Positions 1 to 13,500 are shown, numbered from the stretch's first letter. The stretch: 64,000 bases of DNA from Nemertoderma westbladi (GCA_032718475.1 JAUCBJ010001501.1:191-64190), one strand, 5' to 3'. Program-made: numbers and translations. Notes: a model not told the origin generated them from the sequence alone.

Positions 1-160
1 AAAACGTGTTTTCATAATATAATTAATTTTGCCAGTTCACCAAAAACGTGTTTTCATAATATAATTAATGTTGCAAGTTCATCCAAAAACGTGTTTTCAT
101 AATATAATTAATTTTACAACATCACCAAAAACGTGTTTCCATAATATTATTAATTTTGGC
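1..160. repeat. Tandem repeat, ~42-43 bp unit, 4 copies visible (runs off left edge)
   Basis: AAAACGTGTTTTCATAATATAATTAATTTT...CACC recurs near positions 1, 43, 86 and 128. Confidence 0.9.
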
Positions 161-175
161 CGAATTCAGCCACCG

Positions 176-3015
176 TACATATTGAATCAATATGTTGGTA
201 ACATATTGTTTTAATATGTTTCCAGCATGTTAACATATTGATTCAATATGTTGCCAGCATGTTAACATATTGAAACAAATTGGCCCAGAAGACATCAAGG
301 GTTACACCTATAACACCAGTTCTAACAGAAATGGGTACTTACTTTTAGACCTAATGGAAGAATGTGAATTGATACCAACAAACAACACATTCGAAAAGAG
401 TAAGGGGAAGCTATGGACCTTTCAATACCCTAATGGAACCAAAGCACAACTGGATTACATCCTCATAAACAAAAAGTGGAGAAACAGCATGATCAACTGC
501 GAGGCATACAGCTCGTTCAACCTAACTGGTTCGGACCACAGAATTGTGACTGCAGAGATCAGACTCAGTTTGAGAGCCAGCAAACCCAGGACAAGCAAGC
601 AAATCAAATATGACTGGGAAAAACTCAGAACTGACAATGCTGTAAAGGATGCTTATACAGTAGAAGTTCAAAACCGCTTTGAAGCACTTCAGTCAATGGA
701 TGAAGACCAATCCACCAATTCAATATACCAGAATATAATAACAGCCCACAAGGAATCAGCTAAGAGGCATATCCCCCAGAAACCCAAACGAAAACAATAT
801 GTGCCATGGCAAAACTCTGAGGTTACTTGTAAGAGAGAAGATCTTAAGATAGCCTACAAAGTTAAAACCGAACAACCAACAACCGAAAACATTAACAAGG
901 TTGAGAAAGCTAAGGACGATCTTAAATTGGCCTACAACATCAGCCAGGAAAAGTACATACAGGATAAAACTGAAGCAATTACAACTGCTCACATACAGCA
1001 ACAATCAAGACTTACCTGGCAAACTGTAAATGAGGTATCTAGTTGGAAAAGTTGTGCAAAGGGGCGCCTCAAAGCCGATAGTCCTGAAGAACGTGTTGGG
1101 AAATGGAAAAATCACATCAGCAACTTGCTTGGGCAGCCACCAAACATTGAGGTCAGCCCTACAAGGAAAATATATGACAAGACACTACCTATAGAAACAG
1201 GGGACTTCACACCTGCCGAACTCCAAAGAAGCATTAAAAGCATGTCCAATAATAAAGCGAGTGGATTAGATGAAATCCCAGCGGAGGTATGGAAATCCGG
1301 AGTGCTAAACAGACCATTATTGAATGTTTGCAACCGGATGTTAAAAGGGGAAAAAGCCACCACCAATTTGGACTAAAGGTCAACTAAAGCCTCTCCCCAA
1401 GAAAGGAGACCTCGGCATACCAACAAACTATTGTGGGATCTGTCTGCTTGTGGTAGCTGCCAAAATATACAATAAAATGATTCTATATAGGATTAGGCCT
1501 CACATAGAGAAACTACTGCGTAAGAGCCAAAACAGATTTCGACCAAGTAGATCAACAATAGCTCAGATACTTGCACTACGGAGACTGATTGAAGGAATTA
1601 AGTCAAAGAATCTCCCCGCTGACATGACTTTTGTGGACTTCAAGAAGGCATTCGACTCCATCCATAGAGGTAAAATGCTTGAAATCCTAAGAGCTTATGG
1701 AATACCAGAAGTAATTATTGCTGGCATTGGATTGTTATATTGTGACACAGAAGCACAGGTGCTCTCACCAGATGGTGAAACTGAGTTTTTCTCAATCCTG
1801 GCTGGCGTACTGCAAGGTGACACATTAGCACCATTACTATTTGTAATTGTGCTGGATTACGCAATGAGGATGGCCACAAAGGGTGGAAGACCTGGGATTC
1901 ACACTTCAAGAACGCAGAAGTAGTAGATATCCGGCAACTACAGTCACAGACACCGACTTTGCGGATGACATCGCCCTGCTCTCTAATACCCTAGCAGATG
2001 CACAGCTTCTACTAAATAAAGTGGAGAGGGCTGCTAAGGAGGTTGGATTGCCTATAAATGCTACAAAGACCGAATTCATGACCTTTAATGTTGATGGAAA
2101 CTTGACAACCATTGATAATAATCAACTAAGGAAGGTAGATGACTTCCAGTACCTTGGATCATGGATAGAGAGTAGCAAAAAGGACATAGAAGTTAGGAAA
2201 GCAAAGGCTTGGGTAGCTCTATCAAAAATGGATACCATCTGGAAATCAGATCTCTCCAGGCACCTGAAGACTAAGTTCTTTCGAGCCACAGTGGAAAGTG
2301 TATTTTTATATGGGGGTGAGACCTGGACACTGACTAAATCACTTGAACAACGAATTGATGGTTGCTACACAAGACTACTAAGGGCAGCCCTAAACATCAG
2401 CTGGAGACAACACATGACAAACGCCGAGCTTTATGGTACAATACCACCTGTATCAACCACCCTCTGTGAACGCAGATTAAGATTCAGTGGGCACTGCTGG
2501 CGAAGTAAAGACGAGGTAATATCAGATCTACTTTTCTGGCAACCAACTCATGGAAAGCGTAGTCGTGGACGACCGGCCATAACATATATAGATCAACTTG
2601 AAAGGGATACTGAACTTAGGAGAAACGAAATTGCTACAACTATGGAGAATCGGGAAGCCTGGAAGGATCTCATTTCCACTGTCCGAGTTCGCTCGACCTA
2701 GTAGTAGTAACATATTGATTCAATATGTTGCCAGCATGTCAACATATTGATGCAATATGTGCAAATATTGATTCAATATGTTGCCAACATGTCAACATAT
2801 TGATTCAATATGTGTGAATATTGATTCAATATTTGAGAATATTAATTCAATATGTTTGTATAATGAATCAATATTTGCACAATATTGATTGAATTTCTGT
2901 TAATTATTGAATATTCAATATATATTGAATTAAGGTGTAATAATATTGCACAATGATGTGATATTATTGATATTACTCGCAATATTGATATTGAAGAATA
3001 CCATACTGATATTGA
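176..3015. repeat. Palindromic AT-rich repeat array (AACATATTGATTCAATATGTT-type units) split by an RTE insertion
   Basis: The same units occur at 176-273 and resume at 2708-3015 on the other side of the RTE copy. Confidence 0.8.
276..2707 (+). mobile_element. RTE-clade non-LTR retrotransposon, family A copy 1 (5'-truncated, frameshifted)
   Basis: ORFs 270-1376, 1450-1923 and 1883-2701 give APE endonuclease end (LDYIL, SDH), RT (FVDFKKAFDS, GVLQGDTLAP, FADD, YLGS) and the RTE C-terminus (GHCWR...RGRP). (TAG)n tail follows the stop. Candidate TSD TAACATATTGA at 263-273 and 2708-2718. Confidence 0.95.
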
Positions 3016-3543
3016 AGCGTGAAATTTTGGATTTTGAGCCTAATGAAATGCCATAGGCGGCATGTAGCATGTTTCAGCCAGAGGCCAATGAAATGTGTTA
3101 GCCTATTATAGGCAGTATATTTTCCCCATATAATACCTATAGGGGCTGTTGCGCTGTCAGTCAGAGAGGTAACAGCCCATGGGGTAAGGATTTACCCATG
3201 GGGCTCTAACTATCAGATAGTCTGATACCAACTGTCAGACAGTCTTTTTCAACTATCAGATAGATGATCGCCCAGTTACAAGTTGCCCGATAGTTGTATT
3301 TTTTAAACCCCGAGTGTTGTTGACGGAGTCTGTTACTTCCGAAATCGTTGATCGTGGTGCCGGTGCCGGAATTCTGGCTTTGATTAAAAACACTGAACTG
3401 CTGAACGATGGCGGAATCTACGAAACCCGGCCGGATTCCTAATCCGAGGAGGCGACGGAGTCAATTAAACGTAACAATGAAACGATCGCGATGGACTGGA
3501 CTGATGGAGTCTATTCAATGTATCCAGAACGATACGATGGCGG

Positions 3544-3849
3544 CGGAGTCTATTACAGTATTAAACACGCATCCAAAGCGATCAGATGATGGCGAAGTAA
3601 TCTACAAAACAGAGAACGACAGGAAGGCGATGGAGTTTCTGAGTTAATTAAACCCAGTAAGATGTGCATAGCGAAGCGATCGAGACGGATAACGGAGTCT
3701 ATTACAGTATTAAACACGCAACCAAAGCGATCAGACGATGGCGAAGTAATCTACAAAACAGAGAACGACAGGAAGGCGATGGAGTTTATTAAACCCAGTA
3801 AGATGGTGCATAGCGAAGCGATCGAGACGGATAACGGAGTCTATTACAG
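3544..3849. repeat. Tandem duplication of a ~142-149 bp unit inside the TIR element
   Basis: CGGAGTCTATTACAG starts at 3544, 3693 and 3835 with near-identical intervening sequence. Confidence 0.9.
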
Positions 3850-4665
3850 AATTAAACCTGGAACGAAGACGGTGGAATCTATAGGCCTAAACCTGGAACA
3901 ATGCGAACAAGGCTACTCTAAAGTTAGACTAGACTGGTTTGTGAGATTAACTTGCCAATACTAACTCAATACAATTTGCTTTCTTCGAATTCCTAATAAT
4001 ATATTTTAATCTTAATAATAAATTATTCAACATCAATTATTTTATAAGTCTTGTCAATGTATAAGATTGCTAAAGACTAAAGAGCTAACTTTAGGAAGAT
4101 CTGCCTTATATTTTTAGAATTATTATAATTAATTTTGTTATGTTTATAATGAATTGTATCTTTTGACAGACTACTTGATGTGCGACCGTGATAATAAAAT
4201 TAAATGGTGCCGAAATATTTTCACTTACTTAACTGCAGGGGGGGGGGGGGGGGGGGGGGGCAATCAATATTCTTCCCTCTCCAGGTGAAAATCGACGCAA
4301 ATAACAGCTTGTTTACTACTAAAATAAAACTGCATCCTGTTCTATAGGAAAAAACATTATAGGGGAAACTTTAGCAAGTTGTGTTTATTTTAGCCGATAG
4401 ACAAGATTACATGTTTACCAAGTTTGGTATAATTTAGTCAAAGATTGAATAAGTTACGATTTAAATTATCAGTGGAGGGTGAAGGCGCCGGGCCAGGATT
4501 CAGTTATACTTGAATAAAGAATAGTGATTAAACCAAGCAGCCAAGGGATACGCGATATATGACACTGCTGTATAAGTTCATTGAATGACTGTTGATTTCG
4601 AAACATTTAATTCAAAACTATATAAATGTTAATATAATGTTGGATTTTTTTTTGTAATAATTAAC

Positions 4666-5443
4666 AGATGAATTATATTTCATTAATTTATTTTTTTTAT
4701 CTAATCACATTATTAAATAACGAAGCACAGAAATAATACTAAGATTGAATATTTAATTGAAGGTACAGTACCGAATTGAATATTTGAATGGGAGAATCTT
4801 TTAGGCTCGTTAAGCCAAGGAATGCCTGTTCACCACCATGGGTGATCTTTCACAGTAAACCCTTCCACTCTGTTTCCCAAGTTGCCTTGGTTCCCAATCG
4901 ACCACTGAAGGATAAAAGCCGGGGTTGGGCTAGGCTGCAGCATTTAAAGCACTGTGCCCAAACAGTACTGCTCCATCTAGGGATCGAACATTGAATATTT
5001 GAGATTGCATAAGATAGAGTATTGAATATTGAATATCTTCGGCCGTCATCCCGTTGGTGACTGCATTGGCAACCATTTCGACAGTTTCGATTGGTTTCGG
5101 ATCTTCAGTCCCCGAATGGACCGATGGTCGGCGTGGTTGCTGTCCCCATGACTGAGGCTGCATTACCAACCAAAATTGCCATCTCCAGGCGTTGGAGCAG
5201 AAACTGGTGTGACCGCGGTTCGTGGGTGGCACTGTGGAGACGAGCCCCGATCTCCCGGAGGAAGGTGGATGTCTCTGGACCACGGCGGCCAAAGGTCTCA
5301 AATGCCACGGAGTGAAATAAATGGCCCCGGTCCATTAGGTCGCGATACTTAGAGTTTTTAATGCGCTCAGCCCCCTTAGCTGAGTGCCCCTCGGCAATGA
5401 TGGTTTGTTGAAGGTGGCTGGGGCCTGGGGGCCAGTGGATCTA
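4666..5443 (-). mobile_element. 5'-truncated CRE-like (restriction-like endonuclease) non-LTR retrotransposon
   Basis: Minus ORF 5105-5335 (FHSVAFETFG...FLLQRLEMAILVGNAASV) matches the RLE C-terminal region; 12-bp TSD GTAATAATTAAC at 4654-4665 and 5444-5455. Confidence 0.8.
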
Positions 5444-6159
5444 GTAATAATTAACGCAAAGATATGATTAGGTAGGCCTACGTGATATTACTGTATTAAT
5501 TTCTCAAACCAAACCTCCATTGACGTCAAATATATCCAATTTCTCAATCCATACTAATCCGTATGTAATAATGCAGTAATGTACACTGTAATGCAATACC
5601 GGTAATGTCAATGTCCAACCAAACAATGCGTTGAGTGTTATCGGACCAGCCTCCGAGAAATGTTAGGCTAACGGCACCTCGCTCTGTCGCATCAGTTTTT
5701 GTAGTGGTCTAGTTCCAGGCTACCAGAATCCGTTAGGCCTAGTGCATGACATAGAATCAGCACATCCTGACATCTGTGCAACTCCTGAACTCACTCGAGC
5801 ATTTTACAGATGGTGGTCTAATTTATATGGTCTTGTACCGCGAAACCGTGTATTATTTACAGATGTAGGCTAAATTTAGGGTCTTGTACCGTGCACAGTA
5901 CTGGTGGGCCTACACGGCTACTGCTATTTTGCCTAATACAGGTCCCAGAGGTAAATCCTTACGCCACAGGCTGTTACCTCTCTGACTGACAGCGCAACAG
6001 CCCTCTCTCTATAATACCGGTCACGCGATTTGTTCAACCAGTTGGCATTCATTCCATATAGTGCAGAGGTGATATAGTTTTCCACCACTGCAATATGCTA
6101 CGCTGTGTTACTGGTACTACAGTAGTCGTCGTTCTATTCATTAACAGTCAAGTACAGAG

Positions 6160-8666
6160 CAAGGACTACTATACTACAGGACTGGCACACTGCCTGATCC
6201 GACTTCGCTAGCGAAGTCCATTAATTTCATACTGCAGTACTGCTGTAAGCTGTACTACCTGAATAGCCTACTACTGTACTGCTGTACCTGGTACCGGTAC
6301 TACCCTAGAATGATTAGTTATAGCTGTATTATAGTCCTAACGGCTAACGCTACCTCTGGTATATGGGAATAGTACAGTTAGAAAGTCAGATAGGCCTAGT
6401 CTAGTTACTGTACATTCAACTGGATGGCTGTATGGCCCTACCCTGGTACAGTGGTAGCGCGTACTACAGTACTCGTATGATGGTACTGGTACGGTATCGC
6501 GACCGTTCCGGTACAGGTAGGCCTAGGCGGTACCATTTGGTAGTAATTAAATCAATTACTATAGGTAGGTATTTAAGGTGCCGTATTACAACATTAGGCT
6601 AAACTACTTGACTACCAACAAAACAAGTTAATTATTATTATTATGCCTAATTATTGTTGTGTATTTGGCTGCGACGGCAATTACGCAGAAAATCCCGTTC
6701 GTGTAGTGAAACTTCCTCCTGTCGATGCCGAACGACAGAACGAGATCAGTGGATCGCCGCGCTACCACGACTGCACGACGCAGTGCAGATGACGACTCTA
6801 TGTCTAAGTATGGAAGCACTGCCGTCATTTGTATTCAACAGTGGCCAGAGTTTTCCAAGGAAATTCCGCACAAGAAAGTCCCTGGCGGTTCCTTGCGACC
6901 AACAATATTCCGTTATACTTCCCTGGACTTATCCCTTATCGTGAGTTCCGCCGCGACCCCCCACTCTACGAGACATCCCTCCCATTGAGGAACGCCAACT
7001 TCAGTTACTCAATGCAGCAATGAGTGCATGGAGTAAGATTTAATTGGGGGCTTTTTGCAGCTGACTGAACCTGCCTGCCTGTTGTTTCTACGTGGCTAAA
7101 GGGAATCGCAGGATACGTACTGACATTTTTGTGAAACTATCGCAGTTCCAAGTATTGCTCTTCTTTTTCCATAATGAAGTATACAGTATATTGGACAGGG
7201 TTCACTTTCATCAAAGAGTCAACTTTCCTCGGACATGTTTGTATCAGCCGATCGACGGTTGATCAGCTGGGTTGCAGCTTGGGGTTTTCGCATTGCCTCG
7301 CTCGTAATAGCCAACTAATACGTTGGTCTCAGTTGGAAGAAGTTATTGCAGTCATGAAACGTAATGTTGGTACTACGACATCGCTACTTACGAAAGCTAA
7401 GGAGTACGTTAATGCCGTGATTGATCTTGAGTCATCCAAATATAAGTCTCAGCTTGAGTTTATACTTTAGACTTTGTTCTATTAGACGATAACCCATCCA
7501 CTTTGAAAGCACCTGAACATCCGAAAGTATGTCCTAATACCAATGGAAATGCTGCGAAAAATTGAACAGCTAGTGGATATTGAAGTCAGTTATGATGAGT
7601 TTCAGGCAGCTGGATACGTCGCAGGATTCCTGGTAAAGGTAATCCCACAGTTAGACATCACAGGTGATATTTAAGAGGAGGATAATATATTTACTCAAGC
7701 CCTAACTCGTGGTGGATTACAACTTACTCCGCATCACCTGGTATGGTGGACCAGGACCATGGCGTCTGCTGCATGGGTGGATGCTGTACATGATGGAACT
7801 ATACCTATACGGTACTACAAACAACTAACTCAAGTAATACACATTATTGCGGTCTATTACGGTATATCCCAACTGCCACCAATAGCTGCTTGCTGTACCC
7901 TAGCAAACACCCTTCTTAATGGAGTACAAAAGCGATCTATGGAAAGGCAGAAACAGCGCGACTCACATTCTGGTGATAAGGCAGCACAAACTAAATTCCT
8001 CCGAATAACGGGAAGGGGACAAAATAAGGGGGGAAAACGGGACGCAATAAAAATTCATCCCTCTCCAGGGGAAATTGGACGCAAATAACAGCTGATTACT
8101 CCCAAAAATAAAACTGTAACCTGTTATATTATGTTTAGTTTATTGTTTTGTTTAAAATAACATGCCACTGTAACCTGCTCCTTTCCCTAAATTGAGAATT
8201 TAACATTGAGGCGGGATATTGATTCGCCTAGCTTGAGAACTGCTAGGATAATAAATGACCAGAGATAAAGAAAAAGAATATATAGAGAGGTCCATGTATG
8301 TATATTGTATAGACAATTTACCGCTAGTTGAATCCGTTATCATCTGTGTCATGACATTCCCCTGGGATAGGGATACTGTTCGTATCGTTTTTATGTCGCA
8401 CAATGTACTAAGCACGGTCGTTCAAGACTATAATGAATAGTTGGTACACTGCACTCGTCTCCTTTGTTACAAGCCTCGCTGCGCTCGTCCTTTATTTCTT
8501 GACATAAAAATATATTATGTTATTAATAATTACGATTGTGTACTAAATTTCATGAAAATCCTTTGATAACAATGTCTATAACAATATAAAGCAATACCAA
8601 ACCAATGGACTTCGCTAGCGAAGTCGGATGAAGGGGTATGCCAGTCCTGTAGTATAGTAGTCCTTG
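6160..8666 (+). mobile_element. P-element superfamily DNA transposon, internally deleted
   Basis: ~62-bp TIRs starting CAAGGACTACTATACTACAGGACTGGCA; perfect 8-bp TSD GTACAGAG at 6152-6159 and 8667-8674; THAP relic inside. Confidence 0.93.
6643..8000 (+). pseudogene. Degenerate THAP-domain P-element transposase relic lacking the catalytic core
   Basis: ATG 6643 reads MPNYCCVFGC...KLP, then frameshifted RDQWIAAL and AVICIQQW (THAP C2CH pattern). C-terminal P-transposase-like motifs AAGYVAGFLVK (~7607) and FTQALTRGGL (~7690). Confidence 0.75.
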
Positions 8667-9151
8667 GTACAGAGTAAACTCTTATTTTCACATGCCTACG
8701 GCCAAGTCAACCACCCTGTTAGTAGCCAGCTTGAGCGCTAGGGAACAACCACCAACAATCAACCGGTCGGGATCTCTAGCCAATGGAGAACCTTTACAAT
8801 ATATGTCATTGTTCATAAAAAGGAATTTATAGCTTTATTGATTTTGACAAATAACAAAACGAGGGCCGAAATAGCTTTAAATGCTAATTATGAACAATGG
8901 CTAATTTTATTTATTTGTGGAGAATTATTTGTAGTTACGCTCTTAATCTTTCTAGATCAACCTAATAATGACGCGATGAAATTCTTAAATACATAATAAA
9001 TGTATGGCGTGGGGACATAGGCCTACTAAGAAATAATGTCGCACTACTATATAAAGTTGGAAAATACAGTATGTTGCCCTGGCGATTTGGTAGTGTGACA
9101 TTGATTCCATACAAATAAATAAAAATATGATATCTTATTTATGTTTTTCAG

Positions 9152-9909
9152 TTATATGGCAAACTTTGACTGGATCATTTAAGTGGGTGAGTGCTGGAAA
9201 AGCTGGTGTTTGGAGTATCGGCACTAATGATGCAATTTTCTACCGAGAAGGGACATACGGATCATGCAGTATTGGTACGAGATGGATAACTATCCCTGGG
9301 TCGCTCATCAATATTGCTGTTGGAAATGATATTGTTTGGGGAGTAAATGTATACAATCACATTTTCTGGCGACCTGTCAATCAGCAAAATCCAAGTGGCA
9401 GTGTCTGGGGAGCGATGGACCATGTTCATCACCTTTCATGGATAACTGTTGACTCAACCAGCAACGGAGTCTGGGGTATCAATCGTGATAAGCTTGTGTT
9501 CAAAAGATTAGGTATATCGGCCTTAAATCCTGTTGGAACATCATGGTATCATATTACCGGTGCTAGCATGGCAGACATCAGCTTCGGACCAGCAGGGCTT
9601 TGGGGGATTAACTTAGGATACGCTCCATACTACATGCAAGGCACCTTTGGTTCCAATAATAACAATGTTGGAAGCTTTACAGGATGGGCAGCTGCAAACT
9701 GGCTAACGATTAGTTCAGGAGCAGATGGTGTATTATGGGCTACAAAGACAAATCATGAAGTTTACAAAGCCACAGTGGAAAATGGGAATATAAATCCAGT
9801 TTGGGAACGTGTAGGGAGTGGACTGAGGCAAGTGGGCGCCAGTGATTGGAATGATGGGGTTTGGGGGGTGGATAATTCCTACTCGATAAAGTTTAAACAA
9901 TGTTCTTAA
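9152..9909 (+). CDS. Terminal exon of a tectonin-repeat beta-propeller lectin (tachylectin-1/fish-egg-lectin-like)
   Basis: Six W-x3-G-x-L-x2-(I/V)-S-x-G...VWG(V/I)N repeats in an uninterrupted frame; acceptor TTTTTCAG ends at 9151 (phase 1); stop TAA at 9907-9909; upstream exon not found. Confidence 0.88.
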
Positions 9910-10524
9910 GGTGAGAGTGTATTATTCAGTCATACTTATATGTACTGTACATAAATGCATAAATTGTTTTCAGTAATTCCATCCCAAAAAAAGTAAAAAG
10001 TACTAGTACAATTTCGAAACTCCTATCAGTGAAATTTATAATTATGGTCTAGTTATCCAAATTATGCTACAATATATTATGCTACCTAGAAGTAAACACT
10101 GCAATTATTTCAAATACTGAAGGTTCCATTGAAGCAAGGTCAAAGCTTCCGAAATATCCGAAACATGGAAGAATACAGCACTGCCAAAGCTACTACTTCT
10201 ACAAACCTACAGTATAGACATAATCAGAAAATATTGAATAGTAATTACAATATATTTAATTGGATTAAAAGGATAAGAAATACAGTATGTAGAAAATATA
10301 ATTAAACCATAATATTTATATTTTCTATAACTAAAGATTTACGCAAACAATGGTCGGCTGACGTCAGTCAACTGACAGTTGGCGGATAAGTTGGTTTCGC
10401 TGTTAAAAAGGATCCAAAGCTAGCACGGCAGTATAGAGTAAATGATGAAGGCTCTGAGGTGATAAACCAACCCAAGAAGCAGCACTTCAAACTTACGCCT
10501 AAAATGCTTCAGAATTTTGCTTAA

Positions 10525-13500
10525 CCCTATTAAACCCCGGGGGGGGGGGGGGGGGGGGGGGGTCAATATGACATCCCTCCCCCCCCGTGGTTTTTTTTAT
10601 AATTCTGAAACAAACGCAGTTGGGAATCTGAAATTTTATGACTTTTCCTAAAAATCTATTGTCTTCCTAGTAGTGAAAACCGTTTTCAAACATATTGGGT
10701 AGTTTTTGAGTTATAGCACCATATTTTAACCATACTACTTTTGGCACTTTTTTGAGACGTTTTTTGAAAATTACATTTCATTAAATATGAATTGTAACAT
10801 CTCTATTTTTGATTTACACCGGTTTTTTTGGTTTTAGCAATTGGATGGAATTCATATAAATTGATTTATAAATTTCAAACTTGTTTTTTTCGGCGGGTGC
10901 CAAATTTTGGTGCCAGCACCAAATTTTGAAATATGTCAATTTTGTAAATTGATTGTTTGAAACTTGTTTTTTACGCAATTGGGGTTTTTTGAGGTTCTGG
11001 TTTCGATGAAATATATACGAGTTGCACCAAGCTTATCAAACTTGTATTTTTCTGTGCTTTTTTTGTGTGCAAATTTTGGTGCCAGCACGAAATTTTGAAA
11101 ATCCACTCAATAGATAAAAGTGCTTGTGACAATTTATTTCTTGCGTTTTAGAAGTTTATGGCTGTTCTGAATTCAATGGAATATATAATTATCGAACTAG
11201 ATATCTCAAACTTTAATTTTTCGGATGTGGGTGCAAAATGTGGTGCTAGCACCAAATTTTGAAAATCATCAAATATATCAATTGATTGTGTCACCTTGTT
11301 TCTTGCGTTATACGGGTTTGTAAGGGTTTTGAATTCAATGGAATCATGGGACCAATGGCTGGTCAGGAGTAGAGTGTTCTCATGTCCACTCTGAGAGCAC
11401 TTCACTGTGACCTGCACCTGGCAGCAAGGGTACAGGGCATGACCCAGCAGATGAGCTGCATCAGCCAATGGTGGGTCATGTACGCCAGAGTAGATATGGG
11501 TGATGGGCCTCATATATGACTCCATTGCCACACCCCCGAGAGCTGACTCGGCAAAAAAGCACCCCCCAACCCCCACTATGGATTACATTAGCAATGCGGA
11601 GGTCCGGCCACTAGAGGCCAGTGGAATTACCGGACACAATTGGCCTCACAGGCGTCAGTTAACTCCTGACCTCCTGCCTGTCTCACCCCCTACTGGAGAG
11701 AGAGCAGCCAACAATTCTTTGAGTCCCTTTCCTGATGACCTTTCTGGCCCAAACCCTGGGTCACCAGGGAGGCCAGATTGTGATGGAGAGAGGGATTCTG
11801 GAGTTGGAGGCTATTCTCATGTTCCACCCCGACCAACAAAGCCATTGGTGAATCTGAGGCAAGTCACTAGACTAGCCTCAGTAAACACCCTAACACTCGG
11901 GTCCCCAATGCGACAAGGTGAGCTGACTGTCTTGGCAGATAAGCTTTCTCTTAGCGCAGTGGGTGTTCAAGAGCACCGAATGCAGACTGGACAGATTGAG
12001 AGACTGCTCCGTGAAAATCAGAATGGGTTCCGTAAAGGTCGTGGGACCATGGAGCCCATTTTGGCACTTAGAAGGATAATTGAAGAATTATCAAAAAAGA
12101 AAGACAGGCATCTGGCTGTTATCTTTGTTGACTTCTTCAAGGCCTTTGATTCAGTCTCTCGCTCACGTATGTTCAGCATACTTTCATTATATGGGATTCC
12201 TGATGAAATTATTGCAGCAATCAGATCAATATATGATGGTTCGACAACATTTGTGTCTACTGTTGACGGTGACACAGAACCATTTGAAGTGTTATGGGGT
12301 GTCCTCCAAGGAGACACACTTGCACCATTCTTGTTCATTATTGTGGTTGACTATGTTCTACGCATATCCTTAGATCATCATAATGATGATGGGGTGATGA
12401 TAACTCCACCTACTGGCTCCAGAAGTCGAGGAATTCCAGCCAAGTACCTAACTGTTCTAGACTTTGCTGATGACTTAGGAGTACTCTCAGAATCATTAGA
12501 GGGAGCCCAACGGCTCCTCAGCTCATTAGAACATGCTGCTTCTAGTGTTGGTCTTTTTATTATCTCCAGAAAGACCAAAATTTTGACAGTTAACTTTGAA
12601 AGTCCTCAGCAAGTCTCTGATCGGATGAGCATAAGCTCAAAGGATGGTATGCTTGAGCATGTGGACGACTTCTGTTACCTGTGATCATGGATCCGGAAGT
12701 CAGGTGAGGACCTTCGAATACGTAAGGGAAAGGCATGGGCAGCCTTGAATAGGCTTTCATTCCAGGATTTGGAAGTCACCGAGAATTAATCGGAAACTTA
12801 AGGTCCGATTATTTAGAGCAGCAGTAGTTCCAGTACTCCTCTACAGGAGTCCATGCTGGGCTCTAACTGCTGAGGACACCAAATCTCTGGATGGCACATT
12901 CACAAGAATGCTACGCCGGGTTCATTGTGTCAAGTACAATGCACACATCTCCAACCAGACACTATATAACATTGGAGGTGTCTCATTGGTTCCCCCAAGC
13001 TTGACACTAGAACAAAATCGCCTCCGCTTTGCAGGACATTGCTTTCGCCGTGAGGACCAGCCAGTGGATAATCTTGTACTTTGGCAGCCTCATGGAGTGA
13101 ATAAGCATGGTGGAAAGCCCATGACTTTCTTGAGACGCATCTTAAAGGACACTGACCTTGAAGATGCGGATGATCTAGCAAATGTCATGCGTGATTGGGA
13201 GTTGTGGCGGTGCAATTTTGTTGACAAGCTGGCACAGCATTCTTAAAAATGCAGCTGCAATGCAGCATGCCGATCCTATTAGTAGTAGTTGCGTTATACG
13301 GGTTTGTAAGGGTTTTGAATTCAATGGAATCAGTAAAAGTTTCATAAGAGTTTTCAAACTTGTATTTTTGCCGGTGGGTGAAAATTGTTGTGCCAGCACC
13401 AAATTTTGGAAAATAAGCAAATTGATCAGTAGATAGTATCATCTTGTTTCTTGCTTTATACGGGTTTATGAGGGTCCTGAATCCGATGGAATCAATAAAA

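Larger units (their letters stand above)
3143..6003. mobile_element. Non-autonomous DNA transposon with ~54-bp TIRs (GGGCTGTTGCGC...; PIF/Harbinger-like termini, superfamily uncertain)
   Basis: 3143-3196 is the reverse complement of 5950-6003 with about 3 mismatches; no clean TSD and no transposase ORF. Confidence 0.75.

Noticed and set aside
9127-9151. ATG at 9127 as the start of an intronless lectin gene
   Set aside because: Lies in a pyrimidine tract ending in CAG, gives no signal peptide; better read as intron
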